Assembly: GCA_964016885.1 (NCBI GenBank)
Contig: OZ024762.1
Coordinates: 30,256,001 to 30,320,000 of the forward strand
Source of the DNA: Eledone cirrhosa
Taxonomy: Eukaryota
Direction of reading: 5' to 3'
DNA length: 64,000 nucleotides
The notes beneath the pieces are model-generated. The model made no database searches. It was not told the DNA's origin and worked only from the letters and a program-made list of their open reading frames with translations. Every line of letters starts with the position of its first letter. Within the stretch, counting starts at the first letter, position 1. A program made the translations under genes and the position numbers. Of this stretch, positions 29,301-41,700 are shown in pieces.

Positions 29301-30870
29301 TTGGTGAGAATTCATTTAAGTTCATGGTACTAGCTGTCAGAAGTAACTCCACTGTTGGTGAGAATTCAGTTAAGTTCATGGTACTAGCTGTCAGAAGTAA
29401 CTCCACTGTTGGTGAGAATTCAGTTAAGTTCATGGTATTAGCTGTCAGAAGGAACTCCACTGTTGGTGAGAATTCATTTAAGTTCATGGTATTAGCTGTC
29501 AGAAGTAACTCCACTGTTGGTGAGAATTCATTTAACTTCATGGTACTAGCTGTCAGAAGTAACTCCACTGTTGGTGAGAATTCATTTAAGTTCATGGTAC
29601 TAGCTGTCAGAAGTAACTCCACTGTTGGTGAGAATTCAGTTAAGTTCATGGTATTAGTTGTCAGAAGTAACTCAAATGTTGGTGAGAATTCATTTAAATC
29701 ATGGTATTAGTTGTCAGAAGTAACTCCAACGTTGGTGAGAATTCATTTAAGTTCATGGTACTAGCTGTCAGAAGTAACTCCACTGTTGGTGAAAATTCAT
29801 TTAAGTTCATGGTATTAGCTGTCAGAAGTAACTCCACTGTTGGTGAGAATTCATTTAAGTCATGGTATTAGCTGTCAGAAGTAACTCCATTGTTGTCGAG
29901 AATTCATTTAAGTCATGGTACTAGCTGTCAGACGTAACTCCACTGTTGGTGAGAATTCATTTAAGTCCATGGTATTAGCTGTCAGAAGGAACTCCACTGT
30001 TGGTGAGAATTCATTTAAGTTCATGGTATTAGCTGTCAGAAGTAACTCCACTGTTGGTGAGAATTCATTTAAGTTCATGGTACTAGCTGTCAAAAGTAAC
30101 TCCACTGTTGGTGAGAATTCATTTAAGTTCATGGTACTAGCTGTCAGAAGGAACTCCACTGTTGGTGAGAATTCATTTAAGTTCATGGTATTAGCTGTCA
30201 GAAATAACTCCAATGTTGGTGAGAATTCATTTAAGTCATGGTACTAGCTGTCAGAAGTAACTCCACTGTTGGTGAGAATTCATTTAAGTTCATGGTATTA
30301 GCTGTCAGAAGGAACTCCACTGTTGGTGAGAATTCATTTAAGTTCATGGTATTAGCTGTCAGAAGTGTCTCCACTGTTGGTGAGAATTCATTTAAGTTCA
30401 TGGTACTAGCTGTCAGAAGTAACTCCAATGTTGGTGAGAATTCATGTAAGTTCATGGTATTAGCTGTCAGAAGGAACTCCACTGTTGGTGAGAATTCATT
30501 TAAGTTCATGGTATTAGCTGTCAGAAGTAACTCCACTGTTGGTGAGAATTCATATAAGTTCATGGTACTAGCTGTCAGAAGTAACTCCACTGTTGGTGAG
30601 AATTCATTTAAGTTCATGGTATTAGCTGTCAGAAGTAACTCCACTGTTGGTGAGAATTCATTTAAGTCATGGTATTAGCTATCAGAAGTAACTCCATTGT
30701 TGGTGAGAATTCATTTAAGTCATGGTACTAGCTGTCAGAAGTAACTCCACTGTTGGTGAGAATTCATTTAAGTTCATGGTACTAGCTGTCAGAAGTAACT
30801 CCACTGTTGGGGAGAATTCATTTAAGTTCATGGTACTAGCTGTCAGAAGTAACTCCACTGTTGGTGAGAA
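19350..30870. repeat. About 4.2 kb block duplicated at offset 7314 bp (about 19.35-23.55 kb vs 26.67-30.87 kb)
   Basis: ORF offsets 19590/26904, 20773/28087, 21848/29162, 22601/29915 and 22924/30238 all equal 7314. Shared rare variants include GTTGTCGAG (22578/29892), CAGACGT, GTCAAAAGT, TTAACTTC and TTTCAGTC. Confidence 0.9.
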
Positions 30871-32799
30871 TTCATTTAAGTTCATGGTACTAGCTGTCAG
30901 AAGTAACTCCACTGTTGGTGAGAATTCATTTAAGTTCATGGTACTAGCTGTCAGAAGTAACTCCAATGTTGGTGAGAATTCATTTAAGTTCATGGTATTA
31001 GCTGTCAGAAGTAACTCCACTGTTGGTGAGAATTCATTTAAGTTCATGGTACTAGCTGTCAGAAGTAACTCCACTGTTGGTGAGAATTCATTTAAGTTCA
31101 TGGTATTAGCTGTCAGAAGTAACTCCACTGTTGGTGAGAATTCATTTAAGTTCATGGTACTAGCTGTCAGAAGTAACCCCAATGTTGGTGACAATTCATT
31201 TAAGTTCATGGTATTAGCTGTCAGAAGTCACTCCAATGTTGGTGAGAATTCATTTAAGTTCATGGTATTAGCTGTCAGAAGTCACTGCACTGTTGGTGAG
31301 AATTCATTTAAGTTCATGGTACTAGCTGTCAGAAGTAACCCCAATGTTGGTGAGAATTCATTTAAGTTCATGGTATTAGCTGTCAGAAGTCACTCCAATG
31401 TTGGTGAGAATTCATTTAAGTTCATGGTATTAGCTGTCAGAAGTAACTCCACTGTTGGTGAGAATTCATTTAAGTTCATGGTATTAGTTGTCAGAAGTAA
31501 CTCCACTGTTGGTGAGAATTCAGTTAAGTCCATGGTATTAGCTGTCAGAAGTAACTCCACTGTTGGTGAGAATTCATTTAAGTCATGGTATTAACTGTCA
31601 GAAGTAACTCCAATGTTGGTGAGAATTCATTTAAGTCATGGTACTAGCTGTCAGAAGGAACGCCACTCTTGGTGAGAATTCATTTAAGTCATGGTATTAG
31701 CTGTCAGAAGTAACTCCATTGTTGGTGAGAATTCATTTAAGTCATGGTACTAGCTGTCAGAAGTAACTCCACTGTTGGTGAGAATTCATTTAAGTTCATG
31801 GTATTAGCTGTCAGAAGGAACTCCACTGTTGGTGAGAATTCATTTAAGTCATGGTACTAGCTGTCAGAAGTAACTCCAATGTTGGTGAGAATTCATTTAA
31901 GTTCATGGTATTAGCTGTCAGAAGGAACTCCACTGTTGGTGAGAATTCATTTAAGTTCATGGTATTAGCTGTCAGAAGTAACTCCACTGTTGGTGAGAAT
32001 TCATTTAAGTCATGGTATTAGCTGTCAGAAGTAACTCCAATGTTGGTGAGAATTCATTTAAGTCATGGTACTAGCTGTCAGAAGTAACTCCAATGTTGGT
32101 GAGAATTCATTTAAGTTCATGTTATTAGCTGTCAGAAGGAACTCCACTGTTGGTGAGAATTCATTTAAGTTCATGGTATTAGCTGTCAGAAGTAACTCCA
32201 CTGTTGGTGAGAATTCATTTAAGTTCATGGTACTAGCTGTCAGAAGTAACTCCAACGTTGGTGAGAATTCATTTAAGTTCATGGTACTAGCTGTCAGAAG
32301 TAACTCCACTGTTGGTGAGAATTCATTTAAGTCATGGTATTAACTGTCAGAAGTAACTCCAATGTTGGTGAGAATTCATTTAAGTCATGGTACTAGCTGT
32401 CAGAAGTAACTCCACTGTTGGTGAGAATTCATTTAAGTTCATGGTATTAGCTGTCAGAAGTAACTCCACTGTTGGTGAGAATTCATTTAAGTCATGGTAT
32501 TAGCTATCAGAAGTAACTCCATTGTTGGTGAGAATTCATTTAAGTCATGGTACTAGCTGTCAGAAGTAACTCCACTGTTGGTGAGAATTCATTTAAGTTC
32601 ATGGTACTAGCTGTCAGAAGTAACTCCACTGTTGGTGAGAATTCATTTAAGTTCATGGTACTAGCTGTCAGAAGTAACTCCACTGTTGGTGAGAATTCAT
32701 TTAAGTTCATGGTACTAGCTGTCAGAAGTAACTCCACTGTTGGTGAGAATTCATTTAAGTTCATGGTACTAGCTGTCAGAAGTAACTCCAATGTTGGTG

Positions 32800-35700
32800 A
32801 GAATTCATTTAAGTTCATGGTATTAGCTGTCAGAAGTAACTCCACTGTTGGTGAGAATTCATTTAAGTTCATGGTACTAGCTGTCAGAAGTAACCCCAAT
32901 GTTGGTGACAATTCATTTAAGTTCATGGTATTAGCTGTCAGAAGTCACTCCAATGTTGGTGAGAATTCATTTAAGTTCATGGTATTAGCTGTCAGAAGTC
33001 ACTGCACTGTTGGTGAGAATTCATTTAAGTTCATGGTACTAGCTGTCAGAAGTAACCCCAATGTTGGTGAGAATTCATTTAAGTTCATGGTATTAGCTGT
33101 CAGAAGTCACTCCAATGTTGGTGAGAATTCATTTAAGTTCATGGTATTAGTTGTCAGAAGTAACTCAAATGTTGGTGAGAATTCATTTAAATCATGGTAT
33201 TAGTTGTCAGAAGTAACTCCAACGTTGGTGAGAATTCATTTAAGTTCATGGTACTAGCTGTCAGAAGTAACTCCACTGTTGGTGAAAATTCATTTAAGTT
33301 CATGGTATTAGCTGTCAGAAGTAACTCCACTGTTGGTGAGAATTCATTTAAGTCATGGTATTAGCTGTCAGAAGTAACTCCATTGTTGGTGAGAATTCAT
33401 TTAAGTCATGGTACTAGCTGTCAGAAGTAACTCCACTGTTGGTGAGAATTCATTTAAGTTCTTGGTATTAGCTGTCAGAAGGAACTCCACTGTTGGTGAG
33501 AATTCATTTAAGTTCATGGTATTAGCTGTCAGAAGTAACTCCACTGTTGGTGAGAATTCATTTAAGTTCATGGTACTAGCTGTCAGAAGTAACTCCACTG
33601 TTGGTGAGAATTCATTTAAGTTCATGGTACTAGCTGTCAGAAGGAACTCCACTGTTGGTGAGAATTCATTTAAGTTCATGGTATTAGCTGTCAGAAGTAA
33701 CTCCAATGTTGGTGAGAATTCATTTAAGTCATGGTACTAGCTGTCAGAAGTAACTCCACTGTTGGTGAGAATTCATTTAAGTTCATGGTATTAGCTGTCA
33801 GAAGGAACTCCACTGTTGGTGAGAATTTATTTAAGTTCATGGTATTAGCTGTCAGAAGTGTCTCCACTGTTGGTGAGAATTCATTTAAGTTCATGGTACT
33901 AGCTGTCAGAAGTAACTCCAATGTTGGTGAGAATTCATGTAAGTTCATGGTATTAGCTGTCAGAAGTAACTCCACTGTTGGTGAGAATTCATTTAAGTTC
34001 ATGGTATTAGCTGTCAGAAGTAACTCCACTGTTGGTGAGAATTCATTTAAGTTCATGGTACTAGCTGTCAGAAGTAACTCCACTGTTGGTGAGAATTCAT
34101 TTAAGTTCATGGTATTAGCTGTCAGAAGTAACTCCACTGTTGGTGAGAATTCATTTAAGTCATGGTATTAGCTATCAGAAGTAACTCCATTGTTGGTGAG
34201 AATTCATTTAAGTCATGGTACTAGCTGTCAGAAGTAACTCCACTGTTGGTGAGAATTCATTTATGTTCATGGTACTAGCTGTCAGAAGTAACTCCACTGT
34301 TGGTGAGAATTCATTTAAGTTCATGGTACTAGCTGTCAGAAGTAACTCCACTGTTGGTGAGAATTCATTTACGTTCATGGTACTAGCTGTCAGAAGTAAC
34401 TCCACTGTTGGTGAGAATTCATTTAAGTTCATGGTACTAGCTGTCAGAAGTAACTCCAATGTTGGTGAGAATTCATTTAAGTTCATGGTATTAGCTGTCA
34501 GAAGTAACTCCACTGTTGGTGAGAATTCATTTAGGTTCATGGTACTAGCTGTCAGAAGTAACTCCACTGTTGGTGAGAATTCATTTAAGTTCATGGTATT
34601 AGCTGTCAGAAGTAACTCCACTGTTGGTGAGAATTCATTTAAGTTCATGGTACTAGCTGTCAGAAGTAACCCCAATGTTGGTGACAATTCATTTAAGTTC
34701 ATGGTATTAGCTGTCAGAAGTCACTCCAATGTTGCTGAGAATTCATTTAAGTTCATGGTATTAGCTGTCAGAAGTAACTCCACTGTTGGTGAGAATTCAT
34801 TTAAGTTCATGGTATTAGCTGTCAGAAGTAACTCCACTGTTGGTGAGAATTCATTTACGTTCATGGTATTAGCTGTCAGAAGTAACTACACTGTTGGTGA
34901 GAATTCATTTAAGTTCATGGTATTAGCTGTCAGAAGTAACTCCACTGTTGGTGAGAATTCATTTAAGTTCATGGTATTAGCTGTCAGAAGGAACTCCAAT
35001 GTTGGTGAGAATTCATTTAAGTTCATGGTATTAGCTGTCAGAAGGAACGCCACTGTTGGTGAGAATTCATTTAAGTCATGGTATTAGCTGTCAGAAGTAA
35101 CTCCATTGTTGGTGAGAATTCATTTAAGTCATGGTACTAGCTGTCAGAAGTAACTCCACTGTTGGTGAGAATTCATTTAAGTTCATGGTATTAGCTGTCA
35201 GAAGGAACTCCACTGTTGGTGAGAATTCATTTAAGTCATGGTACTAGCTGTCAGAAGTAACTCCACTGTTGGTGAGAATTCATTTAAGTTCATGGTATTA
35301 GTTGTCAGAAGTAACTCAAATGTTGGTGAGAATTCATTTAAATCATGGTATTAGTTGTCAGAAGTAACTCCAACGTTGGTGAGAATTCATTTAAGTTCAT
35401 GGTACTAGCTGTCAGAAGTAACTCCACTGTTGGTGAAAATTCATTTAAGATCATGGTATTAGCTGTCAGAAGTAACTCCACTGTTGGTGAGAATTCATTT
35501 AAGTCATGGTATTAGCTGTCAGAAGTAACTCCATTGTTGGTGAGAATTCATTTAAGTCATGGTACTAGCTGTCAGAAGTAACTCCACTGTTGGTGAGAAT
35601 TCATTTAAGTTCTTGGTATTAGCTGTCAGAAGGAACTCCACTGTTGGTGAGAATTCATTTAAGTTCATGGTATTAGCTGTCAGAAGTAACTCCACTGTTG

Positions 35701-38700
35701 GTGAGAATTCATTTAAGTTCATGGTACTAGCTGTCAGAAGTAACTCCACTGTTGGTGAGAATTCATTTAAGTTCATGGTACTAGCTGTCAGAAGGAACTC
35801 CACTGTTGGTGAGAATTCATTTAAGTTCATGGTATTAGCTGTCAGAAGTAACTCCAATGTTTGTGAGAATTCATTTAAGTCATGGTACTAGCTGTCAGAA
35901 GTAACTCCACTGTTGGTGAGAATTCATTTAAGTTCATGGTATTAGCTGTCGGAAGGAACTCCACTGTTGGTGAGAATTCATTTAAGTTCATGGTATTAGC
36001 TGTCAGAAGTGTCTCCACTGTTGGTGAGAATTCATTTAAGTTCATGGTACTAGCTGTCAGAAGTAACTCCAATGTTGGTGAGAATTCATGTAAGTTCATG
36101 GTATTAGCTGTCAGAAGTAACTCCACTGTTGGTGAGAATTCATTTAAGTTCATGGTATTAGCTGTCAGAAGTAACTCCACTGTTGGTGAGAATTCATTTA
36201 AGTTCATGGTACTAGCTGTCAGAAGTAACTCCACTGTTGGTGAGAATTCATTTAAGTTCATGGTATTAGCTGTCAGAAGTAACTCCACTGTTGGTGAGAA
36301 TTCATTTAAGTCATGGTATTAGCTATCAGAAGTAACTCCATTGTTGGTGAGAATTCATTTAAGTCATGGTACTAGCTGTCAGAAGTAACTCCACTGTTGG
36401 TGAGAATTCATTTAAGTTCATGGTACTAGCTGTCAGAAGTAACTCCACTGTTGGTGAGAATTCATTTAATTTCATGGTACTAGCTGTCAGAAGTAACTCC
36501 ACTGTTGGTGAGAATTCATTTAAGTTCATGGTACTAGCTGTCAGAAGTAACTCCAATGTTGGTGAGAATTCATTTAAGTTCATGGTATTAGCTGTCAGAA
36601 GTAACTCCACTGTTGGTGAGAATTCATTTAAGTTCATGGTACTAGCTGTCAGAAGTAACTCCACTGTTGGTGAGAATTCATTTAAGTTCATGGTATTAGC
36701 TGTCAGAAGTAACTCCACTGTTCGTGAGAATTCATTTAAGTTCATGGTACTAGCTGTCAGAAGTAACCCCAATGTTGGTGACAATTCATTTAAGTTCATG
36801 GTATTAGCTGTCAGAAGTCACTCCAATGTTGGTGAGAATTCATTTAAGTTCATGGTATTAGCTGTCAGAAGTCACTGCACTGTTGGTGAGAATTCATTTA
36901 AGTTCATGGTACTAGCTGTCAGAAGTAACCCCAATGTTGGTGAGAATTCATTTAAGTTCATGGTATTAGCTGTCAGAAGTCACTCCAATGTTGGTGAGAA
37001 TTCATTTAAGTTCATGGTATTAGCTGTCAGAAGTAACTCCACTGTTGGTGAGAATTCATTTAAGTTCATGGTATTAGTTGTCAGAAGTAACTCAAATGTT
37101 GGTGAGAATTCATTTAAATCATGGTATTAGTTGTCAGAAGTAACTCCAACGTTGGTGAGAATTCATTTAAGTTCATGGTACTAGCTGTCAGAGGTAACTC
37201 CACTGTTGGTGAAAATTCATTTAAGTTCATGGTATTAGCTGTCAGAAGTAACTCCACTGTTGGTGAGAATTCATTTAAGTCATGGTATTAGCTGTCAGAA
37301 GTAACTCCATTGTTGGTGAGAATTCATTTAAGTCATGGTACTAGCTGTCAGAAGTAACTCCACTGTTGGTGAGAATTCATTTAAGTTCTTGGTATTAGCT
37401 GTCAGAAGTAACTCCACTGTTGGTGAGAATTCATTTAAGTTCATGGTATTAGCTGTCAGAAGTAACTCCAATGTTGGTGAGAATTCATTTAAGTCATGGT
37501 ACTAGCTGTCAGAAGTAACTCCACTGTTGGTGAGAATTCATTTAAGTTCATGGTATTAGCTGTCAGAAGGAACTCCACTGTTGGTGAGAATTCATTTAAG
37601 TTCATGGTATTAGCTGTCAGAAGTGTCTCCACTGTTGGTGAGAATTCATTTAAGTTCATGGTACTAGCTGTCAGAAGTAACTCCAATGTTGGTGAGAATT
37701 CATGTAAGTTCATGGTATTAGCTGTCAGATGTAACTCCACTGTTGGTGAGAATTCATTTAAGTTCATGGTATTAGCTGTCAGAAGTAACTCCACTGTTGG
37801 TGAGAATTCATTTAAGTTCATGGTACTAGCTGTCAGAAGTAACTCCACTGTTGGTGAGAATTCATTTAAGTTCATGGTATTAGCTGTCAGAAGTAACTCC
37901 ACTGTTGGTGAGAATTCATTTAAGTCATGGTATTAGCTGTCAGAAGTAACTCCATTGTTGGTGAGAATTCATTTAAGTCATGGTACTAGCTGTCAGAAGT
38001 AACTCCACTGTTGGTGAGAATTCATTTAAGTTCATGGTATTAGCTGTCAGAAGGAACTCCACTGTTGGTGAGAATTCATTTAAGTTCATGGTATTAGCTG
38101 TCAGAAGTAACTCCACTGTTGGTGAGAATTCATTTAAGTTCATGGTACTAGCTGTCAGAAGTAACTCCACTGTTGGTGAGAATTCATTTAAGTTCATGGT
38201 ACTAGCTGTCAGAAGGAACTCCACTGTTGGTGAGAATTCATTTAAGTTCATGGTATTAGCTGTCAGAAGTAACTCCAATGTTGGTGAGAATTCATTTAAG
38301 TCATGGTACTAGCTGTCAGAAGTAACTCCACTGTTGGTGAGAATTCATTTAAGTTCATGGTATTAGCTGTCAGAAGGAACTCCACTGTTGGTGAGAATTC
38401 ATTTAAGTTCATGGTATTAGCTGTCAGAAGTGTCTCCACTGTTGGTGAGAATTCATTTAAGTTCATGGTACTAGCTGTCAGAAGTAACTCCAATGTTGGT
38501 GAGAATTCATGTAAGTTCATGGTACTAGCTGTCAGAAGTAACTCCACTGTTGGTGAGAATTCAGTTAAGTTCATGGTATTAGCTGTCAGAAGTAACTCCA
38601 CTGTTGGTGAGAATTCATTTAAGTCATGGTATTAGCTGTCAGAAGTAACTCCAATGTTGGTGAGAATTCATTTAAGTCATGGTACTAGCTGTCAGAAGTA

Positions 38701-41700
38701 ACTCCAATGTTGGTGAGAATTCATTTAAGTTCATGGTATTAGCTGTCAGAAGTCACTCCAATGTTGGTGAGAATTCATTTAAGTTCATGGTATTAGCTGT
38801 CAGAAGTAACTCCACTGTTGGTGAGAATTCATTTAAGTTCATGGTACTAGCTGTCAGAAGTAACTCCACTGTTGGTGAGAATTCATTTAAGTTCATGGTA
38901 CTAGCTGTCAGAAGTAACCCCAATGTTGGTGACAATTCATTTAAGTTCATGGTATTAGCTGTCAGAAGTCACTCCAATGTTGGTGAGAATTCATTTAAGT
39001 TCATGGTATTAGCTGTCAGAAGTCACTGCACTGTTGGTGAGAATTCATTTAAGTTCATGGTACTAGCTGTCAGAAGTAACCCCAATGTTGGTGAGAATTC
39101 ATTTAAGTTCATGGTATTAGCTGTCAGAAGTCACTCCAATGTTGGTGAGAATTCATTTAAGTTCATGGTATTAGTTGTCAGAAGTAACTCAAATGTTGGT
39201 GAGAATTCATTTAAATCATGGTATTAGTTGTCAGAAGTAACTCCAACGTTGGTGAGAATTCATTTAAGTTCATGGTACTAGCTGTCAGAAGTAACTCCAC
39301 TGTTGGTGAAAATTCATTTAAGTTCATGGTATTAGCTGTCAGAAGTAACTCCACTGTTGGTGAGAATTCATTTAAGTCATGGTACTAGCTGTCAGAAGTA
39401 ACTCCACTGTTGGTGAGAATTCATTTAAGTTCTTGGTATTAGCTGTCAGAAGGAACTCCACTGTTGGTGAGAATTCATTTAAGTTCATGGTATTAGCTGT
39501 CAGAAGTAACTCCACTGTTGGTGAGAATTCATTTAAGTTCATGGTACTAGCTGTCAGAAGTAACTCCACTGTTGGTGAGAATTCATTTAAGTTCATGGTA
39601 CTAGCTGTCAGAAGGAACTCCACTGTTGGTGAGAATTCATTTAAGTTCATGGTATTAGCTGTCAGAAGTAACTCCAATGTTGGTGAGAATTCATTTAAGT
39701 CATGGTACTAGCTGTCAGAAGTAACTCCACTGTTGGTGAGAATTCATTTAAGTTCATGGTATTAGCTGTCAGAAGGAACTCCACTGTTGGTGAGAATTTA
39801 TTTAAGTTCATGGTATTAGCTGTCAGAAGTGTCTCCACTGTTGGTGAGAATTCATTTAAGTTCATGGTACTAGCTGTCAGAAGTAACTCCAATGTTGGTG
39901 AGAATTCATGTAAGTTCATGGTATTAGCTGTCAGAAGTAACTCCACTGTTGGTGAGAATTCATTTAAGTTCATGGTATTAGCTGTCAGAAGTAACTCCAC
40001 TGTTGGTGAGAATTCATTTAAGTTCATGGTACTAGCTGTCAGAAGTAACTCCACTGTTGGTGAGAATTCATTTAAGTTCATGGTATTAGCTGTCAGAAGT
40101 AACTCCACTGTTGGTGAGAATTCATTTAAGTCATGGTATTAGCTATCAGAAGTAACTCCATTGTTGGTGAGAATTCATTTAAGTCATGGTACTAGCTGTC
40201 AGAAGTAACTCCACTGTTGGTGAGAATTCATTTATGTTCATGGTACTAGCTGTCAGAAGTAACTCCACTGTTGGTGAGAATTCATTTAAGTTCATGGTAC
40301 TAGCTGTCAGAAGTAACTCCACTGTTGGTGAGAATTCATTTACGTTCATGGTACTAGCTGTCAGAAGTAACTCCACTGTTGGTGAGAATTCATTTAAGTT
40401 CATGGTACTAGCTGTCAGAAGTAACTCCAATGTTGGTGAGAATTCATTTAAGTTCATGGTATTAGCTGTCAGAAGTAACTCCACTGTTGGTGAGAATTCA
40501 TTTAGGTTCATGGTACTAGCTGTCAGAAGTAACTCCACTGTTGGTGAGAATTCATTTAAGTTCATGGTATTAGCTGTCAGAAGTAACTCCACTGTTGGTG
40601 AGAATTCATTTAAGTTCATGGTACTAGCTGTCAGAAGTAACCCCAATGTTGGTGACAATTCATTTAAGTTCATGGTATTAGCTGTCAGAAGTCACTCCAA
40701 TGTTGCTGAGAATTCATTTAAGTTCATGGTATTAGCTGTCAGAAGTAACTCCACTGTTGGTGAGAATTCATTTAAGTTCATGGTATTAGCTGTCAGAAGT
40801 AACTCCACTGTTGGTGAGAATTCATTTACGTTCATGGTATTAGCTGTCAGAAGTAACTACACTGTTGGTGAGAATTCATTTAAGTTCATGGTATTAGCTG
40901 TCAGAAGTAACTCCACTGTTGGTGAGAATTCATTTAAGTTCATGGTATTAGCTGTCAGAAGGAACTCCAATGTTGGTGAGAATTCATTTAAGTTCATGGT
41001 ATTAGCTGTCAGAAGGAACGCCACTGTTGGTGAGAATTCATTTAAGTCATGGTATTAGCTGTCAGAAGTAACTCCATTGTTGGTGAGAATTCATTTAAGT
41101 CATGGTACTAGCTGTCAGAAGTAACTCCACTGTTGGTGAGAATTCATTTAAGTTCATGGTATTAGCTGTCAGAAGGAACTCCACTGTTGGTGAGAATTCA
41201 TTTAAGTCATGGTACTAGCTGTCAGAAGTAACTCCACTGTTGGTGAGAATTCATTTAAGTTCATGGTATTAGTTGTCAGAAGTAACTCAAATGTTGGTGA
41301 GAATTCATTTAAATCATGGTATTAGTTGTCAGAAGTAACTCCAACGTTGGTGAGAATTCATTTAAGTTCATGGTACTAGCTGTCAGAAGTAACTCCACTG
41401 TTGGTGAAAATTCATTTAAGATCATGGTATTAGCTGTCAGAAGTAACTCCACTGTTGGTGAGAATTCATTTAAGTTCTTGGTATTAGCTGTCAGAAGGAA
41501 CTCCACTGTTGGTGAGAATTCATTTAAGTTCATGGTATTAGCTGTCAGAAGTAACTCCACTGTTGGTGAGAATTCATTTAAGTTCATGGTACTAGCTGTC
41601 AGAAGTAACTCCACTGTTGGTGAGAATTCATTTAAGTTCATGGTACTAGCTGTCAGAAGGAACTCCACTGTTGGTGAGAATTCATTTAAGTTCATGGTAT

